Position numbers and translations under genes: made by a program
Origin: Bacteroidaceae bacterium
Lineage (GTDB): Bacteria; Bacteroidota; Bacteroidia; Bacteroidales; Bacteroidaceae
NCBI GenBank assembly: GCA_017612875.1
Contig: JAGAEZ010000038.1
Location: forward strand, 1 to 52,037
DNA length: 52,037 bases
Reading direction: 5' to 3'
Part shown: positions 9,370 through 17,803 of the stretch, one piece after another
Layout of the letters: each line of letters opens with the position of its first letter
Numbering within the stretch: the stretch's first letter is position 1
The notes under the pieces: model-generated
Seen by the model: the letters and a program-made list of their open reading frames with translations, nothing else
What the model was told of the DNA's origin: nothing
Databases searched by the model: none

Positions 9370-10632
9370 TCAGTCTGCCTGAATCTTCATGAACCACCGC
9401 TCCATGAAGGAGACACCCACGTTGAGTCTGAAATAGTTCTCGGTTATCATGCCTCCGCTGCCCGGCTGCACCCTTACGAACTGCCCTGAAATATGCAGCA
9501 TGGATCGGCTGTCATACGAGAAAGCGAAAGGTATTGAGATGCCGGCACTCAAGGCATACTCCGACGGTCCTTTCTTACCGTCAATACTGTAATAGGGTTG
9601 CCTGTAGGATATTCCCGCACGATAGGTGCTGTGACGGAACAGGCGTTTGTCCGTTATATCGGGACAGTACTCCATACCGGCAGACACCTTCAGACAATCC
9701 TTCCCGTCCTTGCGGCCGAAGAACGAGGCTGCCGACCATCCCTGATAAGAGACATCGGCTCCGAATGTGTATTTGTCCGACGCGAATGAAAAGCCTCCGG
9801 ATACGGACTGGGGCAGTGAGAAAGTGCCGTGTCTGGCATAATCCACGGTGTCACCGCCAAGTTCGATTCTCATTCCATCGCACAGGAGATCGCTTGACGG
9901 GGAATAGACGGCTCCCAATACAAGTCTGCCGCCCTTCAGAGGGAAGGAGGTCTGCGTGCCGAAATCCAGATTCAGCCCCCTGATCTCGGCAGTGTAGGTC
10001 AACGGCCTGGAACTTATGAGATTGTCGGAATACGAATCAATCACATAGTGCGTTATGTCACCTGTGAGGAAGGAGGCGTTCATACCTAAAGACAACCAGT
10101 CTGAAGGTCTCCAGCCCAAGCCTCCCATGAAAAGCCTCAGCCCGCCGTTTCCCCAATACTGGCTCGTTCTGGTCCTGATCTCCTCATCCGTACTGCTGAT
10201 AACCTTGGTCGTGGTGAAACTGTAGCCCACACTGGAAACAGGCACGAATGCAGCGGTGAATCCCACCTTGGGAAGCATCCTGAACTGCACAGCCATATAG
10301 TCAACTGTGGAATTGCGGGCATTGATCCGGGTCTTGCCCTCCTTGAAATTTCCATACTGCAATGAAAAGCCCAGATCGGTTATGAAAGTCAGCGTATCAA
10401 CAGTTGAATAGGATGCAGGGTTGAGGGTATTGATGGTGTTAACTTTCCTCATGCCTGTGCCTATACCGCCCATAGCCTTGCCGAATGACGTGCTGCGGTC
10501 TGTCAGGATACCTATCCCGTATCTTGAATAAGGGGAATTGATGCCGCTCTGGGCATAGACCGAACAAGCCGGCTTGAAAGACATCAAGACGATGGTAAGA
10601 AGAATGGATAAAATCCTACAAGACCTATTCAT
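9370..10632 (-). CDS. Outer-membrane beta-barrel protein of unknown function
   Basis: The 420-aa ORF has a signal peptide and an N-terminal SPYSRYGIGIL motif. It shows the alternating amphipathic strand pattern rich in G/Y/S/F. It overlaps the coaX 3' end by 8 nt. Confidence 0.55.
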   Translation of the reverse strand: MNRSCRILSILLTIVLMSFKPACSVYAQSGINSPYSRYGIGILTDRSTSFGKAMGGIGTGMRKVNTINTLNPASYSTVDTLTFITDLGFSLQYGNFKEGKTRINARNSTVDYMAVQFRMLPKVGFTAAFVPVSSVGYSFTTTKVISSTDEEIRTRTSQYWGNGGLRLFMGGLGWRPSDWLSLGMNASFLTGDITHYVIDSYSDNLISSRPLTYTAEIRGLNLDFGTQTSFPLKGGRLVLGAVYSPSSDLLCDGMRIELGGDTVDYARHGTFSLPQSVSGGFSFASDKYTFGADVSYQGWSAASFFGRKDGKDCLKVSAGMEYCPDITDKRLFRHSTYRAGISYRQPYYSIDGKKGPSEYALSAGISIPFAFSYDSRSMLHISGQFVRVQPGSGGMITENYFRLNVGVSFMERWFMKIQAD

Positions 10633-11338
10633 TGTATCTGAAAATACTTTCCAATCCGGTCAAAACCAGATTCGGGACCACAAAAGTACCACTTTTGCCA
10701 TTCATATCAAAAAAATGGGAGTCTCCGCCGGTTAAAAAAACAAAAAGAGGCTTGTATTCACGCTTCAAAACAGCGATATAGCCTTTCAATTCGTTTCTGA
10801 GCCCACGGATGACACCGCTGCGTATGGCCTCTTCCGTATTGCGTCCGAACATGGGAGCCGCGCCGTCCCTACCCACGAGCGGCAACGCTCCGGTATGTTC
10901 ATGGAGGGCCTTGAACCGCAAATCAATGCCAGGCGCGATGTTCCCGCCCAGGAAGTCACCGTCCATAGTCACCATATCGAATGTCACCGCAGTCCCGGCA
11001 TCGACCACAAGCAGGTTGCCGTCCTTCTTCATGGACCAGGCACCCACTGCGGCAGCAAGCCTGTCCATACCGAGAGTATCGGGTGTGAGATACCTGTTAC
11101 GGAGAGGAACAGGTGTCGCAGCAGTGAACCTTGTCACTCCCAGTGATTCAAAAAGGGATACCAGGCCCTCCTCAATGGGACGGACGGAGCACCACAGGCC
11201 TCCGTCTATATCCAGATTCCTCAGGGAATCCATCAGGCTTCCGGATTCTGCCGGACCCTGATAGACCAGCCGCTGCCCCGGGCCATCGGAGACAGAAGCC
11301 TTCAGGAGTGAATTGCCAATGTCCGCAAACAGTTTCAT
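10625..11338 (-). CDS. coaX: Type III pantothenate kinase
   Basis: It has the MKLFADIGNS start, LVVDAGTAVTFD and GGNIAPG motifs of the CoaX/ASKHA fold. I trimmed the start to the ATG at 11338, because the ORF-track extension adds 16 non-conserved residues. Confidence 0.9.
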   Translation of the reverse strand: MKLFADIGNSLLKASVSDGPGQRLVYQGPAESGSLMDSLRNLDIDGGLWCSVRPIEEGLVSLFESLGVTRFTAATPVPLRNRYLTPDTLGMDRLAAAVGAWSMKKDGNLLVVDAGTAVTFDMVTMDGDFLGGNIAPGIDLRFKALHEHTGALPLVGRDGAAPMFGRNTEEAIRSGVIRGLRNELKGYIAVLKREYKPLFVFLTGGDSHFFDMNGKSGTFVVPNLVLTGLESIFRYNE

Positions 11339-11356
11339 AATAAGCGCAAAAATAGC

Positions 11357-11364
11357 TAACTTTG
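11357..11364 (+). promoter_or_regulatory. Candidate -7 box TAACTTTG for the DUF4105 fusion gene
   Basis: It is a perfect TAnnTTTG match 25 nt upstream of the ATG at 11389. A TTTC lies 20 nt further upstream as a possible -33 element. Confidence 0.45.
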
Positions 11365-11388
11365 CCCGAAAATACAAGCGCATCATCT

Positions 11389-14163
11389 ATGATAAGATTT
11401 TTGCGGGGAGTGCTCCTGCTCATTCTTTTCTCATCTGTCACGAATGCCAAGGCACAGCGCGACAGCCTGTGCTACAGTCTGCTCACTTGTGAGCCCGGCC
11501 GCCAGATATATGAGCTTTACGGCCATACGGCAATAAGGCAGAAGGATTACAGGACCGGCACGGACATTGTATTCAACTATGGCCTCTTTGACTTCAACAC
11601 TCCTCATTTCATACGCCGTTTCACTCTTGGAGAGACCGACTATGTACTCGGATACACCACATTCGATTCATTCTCGATGGAGTATCTCCACCGCGGTTCA
11701 ACAGTTTACGAACAGGTCCTGAATCTTACACAGGATGAAACGGAGAGGCTTAGGAACCTCCTGCTTGAGAACCTCAAGCCCCAGAACCGCACCTACCGCT
11801 ACAATGTGCTGTTCAACAACTGCTCCACCATGGCCATTGACATAATAGAGAAGGCCGTTGAAGGACATGTCAACTACCCGCAGCCCGCCGAGGGACTTAC
11901 ATTCCGGAAACTTCTTGAAGAGAAGACAAAGGTAAGGCCGTGGAGCCGGTTTGCGGTCAATATGGTGATGGGGGCACTGACAGACCTTCCGTTGGAATAC
12001 AGACAGGATGCGTTCTCGCCGCTCAGGCTTAAGGGTCTCGCCGAGAAGGCGGTGATTACCGGCACATCCTCCGTGACAAGACCTCTCTGCCTTCCCGCCA
12101 CCGAAGTGGTCCGGCCCGGAAAAAGCGTCAGTTTCGGGAATCCCGTATTGACGCCCATGCAGGTGATGCTCATAATCTTCATGATTACTCTTATAATTTC
12201 ACTGACCGGATGGATCTCCGGACGGATCCTGTGGTTTTACGACCTGCTGCTGTTCGGTGCCCAGGGAATAGCCGGACTGGTCATAGCCACCCTCTATTTC
12301 TTTTCAGAACATGCATCTGTCAATACCAACTGGTTAGTGATCTGTTTTAACCCTCTTCCGCTCCTTTTCATTCCTTTTGCCATCCGCAAGATCAGGAAAC
12401 AGCACATCCCGATTCTCCATGTAGCCGAATTCCTGGTATGCACGTCATTCCTTGCATTCTGCAAAATAATACCCCAGACTTTTGAGAAAGCGGCACTCGT
12501 CCTGATAGCGGCATTCGCTCTCAGGGCTTTCTGCGTCATCTTGCAGATAATATGCCGCAGAACCGTCCCTTCCGACAATAAAGTTTCCATGACAAGCCGG
12601 ATGAGACGCTTCACAACCGTCATGTCCTTGCTGGTTCTCACATCCGCGGCCAGTTCCCAGAATGTCCAGACAGACCATCGCCCTAACCTTATCGTGGGAA
12701 TAGTCATCGACCAGCTTGACGGATACCGTCTTGAACGGATGATGCCCGTGTTGAGCGACGGGGGATTCAGGTCCTTCCGCGACAAGGGATTCCTGATGAC
12801 CGGTGTCACGTTCGATTTTGACTCACCCGACCGGGCATCGGCCATAGCATCGCTTTACACAGGAGCCACTCCTTTCCAGCACGGTATCACCTCCGTCCGT
12901 TGGATGAACCGCAAGTCACTGATGACCACTTTCTCAGTCGATGACGACAACTATGCGGGTATCGGTACCATCGAGCGGAGTTCCCCCTCCCGGCTGCTCG
13001 CTTCAAACCTGGCAGACCAGATGAAACTCGGATCCGCAGGCCGGTCAAAAGTCTGTTCAATCGCCATCGAGCGCGATGCTGCAATATTGTCCGCCGGGCA
13101 TGAAGCCGATGCAGCCGTCTGGCTCAGCGCCGACAATGCATCCTGGTGCTCAACCGACTATTACGGCAACATGCCCCAGTGGGTCAGCAGAGGTAATGAC
13201 AGCACATGGAACAACCCGGAATGGAGAGCCCTCTATTCACCGAGTGTCTATCTGCAGGTCTCGTACGAGAACATGAGGCTCTTTTCCCACACTTTCCGGA
13301 ATCGTGACATAAAGGAGTACCGAACTTCACCATTGGCCAACGACAGGGTGACAGAACTGGCAGTAAAGGCGATTGACGGCATGGCGATGGGCACCGACGA
13401 CACCCCGGACCTTCTCATGCTCACACTCTTCGGCGGCCGTTTCAGCGGAATGCCTGACGCTTCCGGCCTCTCCTACGAGAACCAGGACATATACATGCGT
13501 CTGGACCAGAACATCGCCACGATAATAGACGCGGCATCGAGAAAAGCAGGGTCCGGAAACGTGCTCTTCTTCATAACCTCCACCGGATACGAGGAGCCAT
13601 ACCCCACAGCAACGGAAAACAGCCGCATACCATCCGGAAAGGTAAGCATGGAGCGTACCTGTGCCCTGCTGAACCTGTTCCTGTCGGCCAAATACGGTGG
13701 AGGAAGTTTCATTGACACCTATTATATGAACCATATATTCCTTAACCATAACCTTATTGAGGACAAAGGGCTTTCGTTGCACGATGTCCTTGAAAACAGC
13801 ATAGACCTTCTGGTACAGATGAGTGGAGTAAGGAATGTGATATCCCTGCGCGACCTTATGTCAGTCCTGCCGGATCCGGAATCCGCACGGAAGCGTAACT
13901 CCTTCCACAAGAACTGTTCCGGAGACCTTATCATTGAGACTCTTCCCGGATGGGACGTGGATGACGAGAAGAACGGCATGACATACAGGCCAGGGCCGGT
14001 TTCCGGTTCATTTCCTATACTGCTTTACGGTAACGGCATCAGGGCCGGGGTCAGCCATGAACCTGTGTCAGCCTCCGTGCTGGCTCCCACAATCACCTGG
14101 CTGATAGGTTATCCAGCACCGAATGCGGCCGTGAGCCCTGCCCTGAAAGACATCAGGCAATAA
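11389..14163 (+). CDS. Fusion-like ORF: DUF4105 (Lnb N-terminal) periplasmic domain + polytopic membrane region + alkaline-phosphatase-superfamily (PafA/NPP-like) domain
   Basis: It has a signal peptide (MIRFLRGVLLLILFSSVTNAKAQ) and the DUF4105-like stretch YELYGHTAIRQKD...IVFNYGLFDF. About six hydrophobic helices span aa 260-400. A second signal-peptide-like segment follows, then IVGIVIDQLDGYRLE...YTGATPFQHGI, typical of AP-superfamily phosphatases. The ORF-track start at 11362 is TTG. Confidence 0.6.
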   Translation: MIRFLRGVLLLILFSSVTNAKAQRDSLCYSLLTCEPGRQIYELYGHTAIRQKDYRTGTDIVFNYGLFDFNTPHFIRRFTLGETDYVLGYTTFDSFSMEYLHRGSTVYEQVLNLTQDETERLRNLLLENLKPQNRTYRYNVLFNNCSTMAIDIIEKAVEGHVNYPQPAEGLTFRKLLEEKTKVRPWSRFAVNMVMGALTDLPLEYRQDAFSPLRLKGLAEKAVITGTSSVTRPLCLPATEVVRPGKSVSFGNPVLTPMQVMLIIFMITLIISLTGWISGRILWFYDLLLFGAQGIAGLVIATLYFFSEHASVNTNWLVICFNPLPLLFIPFAIRKIRKQHIPILHVAEFLVCTSFLAFCKIIPQTFEKAALVLIAAFALRAFCVILQIICRRTVPSDNKVSMTSRMRRFTTVMSLLVLTSAASSQNVQTDHRPNLIVGIVIDQLDGYRLERMMPVLSDGGFRSFRDKGFLMTGVTFDFDSPDRASAIASLYTGATPFQHGITSVRWMNRKSLMTTFSVDDDNYAGIGTIERSSPSRLLASNLADQMKLGSAGRSKVCSIAIERDAAILSAGHEADAAVWLSADNASWCSTDYYGNMPQWVSRGNDSTWNNPEWRALYSPSVYLQVSYENMRLFSHTFRNRDIKEYRTSPLANDRVTELAVKAIDGMAMGTDDTPDLLMLTLFGGRFSGMPDASGLSYENQDIYMRLDQNIATIIDAASRKAGSGNVLFFITSTGYEEPYPTATENSRIPSGKVSMERTCALLNLFLSAKYGGGSFIDTYYMNHIFLNHNLIEDKGLSLHDVLENSIDLLVQMSGVRNVISLRDLMSVLPDPESARKRNSFHKNCSGDLIIETLPGWDVDDEKNGMTYRPGPVSGSFPILLYGNGIRAGVSHEPVSASVLAPTITWLIGYPAPNAAVSPALKDIRQ

Positions 14164-14182
14164 TCAGAAAACAATTCACGAT

Positions 14183-14737
14183 ATGGAAAAAAAGTTCATC
14201 AGTCTCTCCTATGACCTCATGCTCAAGGACAATGAGGGCAAACTGTACAAATATGAAAGCGCTCCCCGCGAGAAACCTTTCAGGTTCATAACAGGAATAG
14301 GGTATGCACTTGACCTCTTCGAGGAGAATGTGGCAAGTCTTGCCCCAGGTGACGGTTTCGAATTCCAGATCCCATGCGAGAAGGCATACGGGCAGTATGA
14401 CGAACAGAATGTGATTCAGCTTGACAAGGGTATTTTCATGCGTGACGGACAGTTCGACTCCGAGAATGTAAAGGCAGGTGCCGTCATACCCTTGAGTGAC
14501 GGACAGCAGACATTCCATGCTGTCGTCAAGGAGATCGGGAAGGAGAAAGTGACAGTCGATCTGAACCATCCCCTTGCCGGAGAGGATCTGACCTTCCGGG
14601 GCACAGTGCTGGAATCACGTCCTGCCACCGATGAAGAGATTGATTCCTTGCTCCACCCCAAATGCAAAGGATGCGGCAACAAGGGCGGTTGCTGCGACGA
14701 AGAGGGTGGTTGCTGCGGCAACGGAAGCTGCAGCTGA
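14183..14737 (+). CDS. slyD: FKBP-type peptidyl-prolyl isomerase, SlyD-like, with Cys/Gly-rich C-terminal tail
   Basis: The 184-aa ORF has an FKBP core with an inserted flap (..GIGYALDLFEENVASLAPGDGFEFQIP..DLNHPLAGEDLTF). The tail is HPKCKGCGNKGGCCDEEGGCCGNGSCS. Confidence 0.8.
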   Translation: MEKKFISLSYDLMLKDNEGKLYKYESAPREKPFRFITGIGYALDLFEENVASLAPGDGFEFQIPCEKAYGQYDEQNVIQLDKGIFMRDGQFDSENVKAGAVIPLSDGQQTFHAVVKEIGKEKVTVDLNHPLAGEDLTFRGTVLESRPATDEEIDSLLHPKCKGCGNKGGCCDEEGGCCGNGSCS

Positions 14738-14738
14738 A

Positions 14739-15422
14739 TCAAAGCGGCCGGGAGTCAAGCCATTCCGACAGTTCCGTCATGGAATGAAGCAACAAGACAG
14801 GTCCCTCGGCCATAAGTATGCCGTCGTCAAGGGGGCCTGTATTGACAGCTATGGTATCGATGCCGGCTGCCACTGCTGAACGTATCCCGAGAGGAGCGTT
14901 CTCCACCACCACCGCTTCCGAAGCATCGACTCCTGCTATCTCCAACCCTTTCAGATAAGGGTCCGGCCAGGGCTTGCCCCTCTCCACATCGAACGATGTC
15001 ACCATCCTTTCACGTACTATGTAACCCTTGAAGTCACGCTGGACACCCTCTATCAGGTTATTCTGTCCCGAACCGGTCACCACAAGGACCTGTAAACCCA
15101 ATGCGGCCGCCTTTCTTACAGTCTCCCTGGCACCAGGCATGACTCCGGCAGCAGGCATACTCCTGAACAGGCCAGCCTTGTAACTGTAAATTTCATGTAC
15201 TTCATCGGCCGATGCCGCACGTCCCCTGTCCCGCAAGCTGATCCTGGATACAGTGTCATGGCCTGTAGCACCCTCGTTCAGATAGACGTCATGGGGAGTC
15301 ATGTGCATGCCGTAATGCTCCATAGCCTGTGCCCAAGCCACTGAATGGTTAGGCATGGAGTCATACAAAACGCCATCCATGTCAAACAGGACGGCGCTTT
15401 TACCTTTAAGGGAGAATGGCAT
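14739..15422 (-). CDS. HAD-superfamily hydrolase (beta-phosphoglucomutase/phosphatase subfamily IA)
   Basis: It has HAD motif I (VLFDMDGVLYDS), motif II (VVTGS) and a C-terminal ENAPLGIRSAVAAG. Its start overlaps the pgi stop (TGATG). Confidence 0.8.
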   Translation of the reverse strand: MPFSLKGKSAVLFDMDGVLYDSMPNHSVAWAQAMEHYGMHMTPHDVYLNEGATGHDTVSRISLRDRGRAASADEVHEIYSYKAGLFRSMPAAGVMPGARETVRKAAALGLQVLVVTGSGQNNLIEGVQRDFKGYIVRERMVTSFDVERGKPWPDPYLKGLEIAGVDASEAVVVENAPLGIRSAVAAGIDTIAVNTGPLDDGILMAEGPVLLLHSMTELSEWLDSRPL

Positions 15423-16774
15423 CAGGCTTGATTTTTCAGACGTGCCTTGATTGCTTTTGACTCCTCCTCATATCCCGGCTTGTCGAGAAGGGCGAACATA
15501 TTCTTCTTGTAAGCCTCGACCCCAGGCTGGTTGAACGGGTTCACTCCGAGAAGATAGCCGCTTATTCCACATGCCTTCTCAAAGAAGTAGATCAGCTGTC
15601 CCAACCAGTATTCAGTCAATTCCGGGACTGTTATACGGATATTCGGGACACCTCCATCGACATGAGCCAGCTGGGTCCCGAGTTCGGCCATCTTGTTCAC
15701 CTCGTCAACATGCTTGCCTGCAAGGAAATTCAGTCCGTCCAGGTTTTCCTCGTCCTGAGGGACAAGTACCGAATGCCGTACCTTGTCGATAGAGATGACT
15801 GTCTCGAAAATGGTACGCTCACCCTGCTGGATCCACTGTCCCATGGAATGAAGGTCTGTGGAGAAATCAACCGATGAAGGATATATCCCCTTGCCGTCCT
15901 TGCCCTCAGACTCGCCATAGAGCTGTTTCCACCACTCGCTGAAATAGTGGAGCTTGGGCTGGAAATTAACCAGGATCTCGATTTTCTTTCCTTTGCGGTA
16001 GAGTGCGTTCCGCGCAGCTGCATAAACGGCTGACAGATTCTCCTCGAATGCGACTGCGCTCGAGGTCATACCCTCCATTACGGCCGCCCCCCTGACAAGC
16101 TGTTCTATGTCATATCCTGCCACGGCTATAGGCAGAAGGCCTACGGGAGTGAGCACTGAATAGCGCCCTCCGACATTGTCGGGAATGATAAAACTCCTGT
16201 ATCCTTCCTTGTCGGCACAAGTGCGGGCTGCGCCACGTTTTGCATCGGTTATCGCCACGATAACCCTGCGTGCCGTCTCCTTGCCGCGCTCTTCCTCGCA
16301 CTGTTTCTTGAGCAGGCGGAAAGCCAGCGCAGTCTCGGTGGTAGTCCCTGACTTGGATATGTTTATCACTCCGAAACGCCGGCCTTTAAGATACCCGGTC
16401 AGCTCAAAGAGATAGTCCTCGCTTATGTTGTGTCCGGCAAACAGTATCTGAGGATTCTTCCCGTCATTCACAAGCTGGATGAAACTGTTTCCGAAGGCCT
16501 CGATAACAGCCCTTGCACCGAGGTAGCTGCCGCCGATACCGGCCACAACGACCACATCGCACTCCTTGCGCAGCACGGCCGCGGTCTCCTTGATGTCACT
16601 GATAAGGGTAGAGGCAATAGTCCTGGACGCCAGATCCATCCAACCGATGTAATCATTACCCTCGCCCGTTCCGTGTTCAAGCATCTCCAGTGCTTTTTTC
16701 ACTTCAGGCTCAAGAGCCTTGACGGCATCCCATTCAACAAAATCCCGGATTTTCGAAATGTCAACTTTAATCAT
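15422..16774 (-). CDS. pgi: Glucose-6-phosphate isomerase
   Basis: The 450-aa ORF has the motifs [29 protein letters not shown] and QLYGESEGK. Confidence 0.95.
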   Translation of the reverse strand: MIKVDISKIRDFVEWDAVKALEPEVKKALEMLEHGTGEGNDYIGWMDLASRTIASTLISDIKETAAVLRKECDVVVVAGIGGSYLGARAVIEAFGNSFIQLVNDGKNPQILFAGHNISEDYLFELTGYLKGRRFGVINISKSGTTTETALAFRLLKKQCEEERGKETARRVIVAITDAKRGAARTCADKEGYRSFIIPDNVGGRYSVLTPVGLLPIAVAGYDIEQLVRGAAVMEGMTSSAVAFEENLSAVYAAARNALYRKGKKIEILVNFQPKLHYFSEWWKQLYGESEGKDGKGIYPSSVDFSTDLHSMGQWIQQGERTIFETVISIDKVRHSVLVPQDEENLDGLNFLAGKHVDEVNKMAELGTQLAHVDGGVPNIRITVPELTEYWLGQLIYFFEKACGISGYLLGVNPFNQPGVEAYKKNMFALLDKPGYEEESKAIKARLKNQA

Positions 16775-16783
16775 ATAGCAAGG

Positions 16784-17785
16784 TTATTTGAAAGTGTCAG
16801 TAAGCAATTTTATCTCGATCACAGGTGAAATATGCTCGTACAGGATATTATAAACGGCATCCAGGATAGGCATGTTGACGCGGTAACGCTCGTTGATCTC
16901 CTTCATGCACTTGGTGCCGTAATACCCCTCGGCTATCATTTCCATCTCAAGCTGAGCCGATTTCACTGAATAGCCCCTGCCTATCATGGTGCCGAAAACC
17001 CTGTTGCGGCTGAAATTGGAATAACCGGTCACAAGAAGGTCACCAAGATAGACAGAATCATTCACTGCCCTGTTCTGCATCGGACGGGCGCTGGCAAGAA
17101 AACTGTTCATCTCCTGAATGGCATTCGACATGAGAACAGCCTGGAAGTTGTCTCCGTACTTAAGTCCGTTACAGATACCCGCAGCTATGGCGTAAACGTT
17201 CTTCAGCACGGAGCTGAACTCGATACCTGCCACATCCTGGGACACCGAAGTCTTGACGTATGAGTTAGTCAGTTTGCGTGCAATCATCTGCGCGTTCTCT
17301 ATCTCCTTGCAACCCACTGTAAGATATGACAGCCGCTCAAGGGCGACCTCCTCCGCATGGCAAGGGCCTGCCACCACTGCCAGGTTCTCCTGAGGAACGC
17401 CATAGAACCTGTGGAAGTAATCCGACATGAGTAGATTGTCGTCAGGCACGATACCTTTTATGGCTGAAACCACGAACTTGTCGCGAAGTTTCACCTTGAG
17501 TTTCTTCATGCTGCTCTTGAAATAAGGCGAAGGGGTCACGAACATCAGGACCTCGGAATTGTTCACCACCTCGTTTATATCCGAAGAGAAGTTGATTCTG
17601 TTCACATCGAACTGGACACTCGAAAGGTACGCAGGATTATGTCCAAGACGGATGAATTCAGCGATACGGTCATCCCTGCGGATGTACCAATTGATGGAAT
17701 CCTCGGTGGAAAGGAGTATTTTCGCGATTGCGGTAGCCCAGCTTCCGCCCCCCATAATCGCCAGTTTGCCTTGTGGAATAGCCAT
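16784..17785 (-). CDS. gpsA: NAD(P)H-dependent glycerol-3-phosphate dehydrogenase
   Basis: The 333-aa ORF has the N-terminal Rossmann motif LAIMGGGSWATAIAKIL and the GpsA C-terminal domain. Confidence 0.93.
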   Translation of the reverse strand: MAIPQGKLAIMGGGSWATAIAKILLSTEDSINWYIRRDDRIAEFIRLGHNPAYLSSVQFDVNRINFSSDINEVVNNSEVLMFVTPSPYFKSSMKKLKVKLRDKFVVSAIKGIVPDDNLLMSDYFHRFYGVPQENLAVVAGPCHAEEVALERLSYLTVGCKEIENAQMIARKLTNSYVKTSVSQDVAGIEFSSVLKNVYAIAAGICNGLKYGDNFQAVLMSNAIQEMNSFLASARPMQNRAVNDSVYLGDLLVTGYSNFSRNRVFGTMIGRGYSVKSAQLEMEMIAEGYYGTKCMKEINERYRVNMPILDAVYNILYEHISPVIEIKLLTDTFK

Positions 17786-17803
17786 ATCGTTACAAATTCC
17801 GTT

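Noticed and set aside
153-11388. Extended N-termini suggested by the ORF track for ilvB (153), coaX (11386), the DUF4105 gene (11362), and further along the lipoprotein (19989), the 22958 ORF, folB (43295) and nrdJ (45862)
   Set aside because: These starts are TTG/GTG codons, or they add non-conserved residues that overlap neighbouring genes. Downstream ATGs give canonical N-termini or signal peptides, so I trimmed the coordinates.
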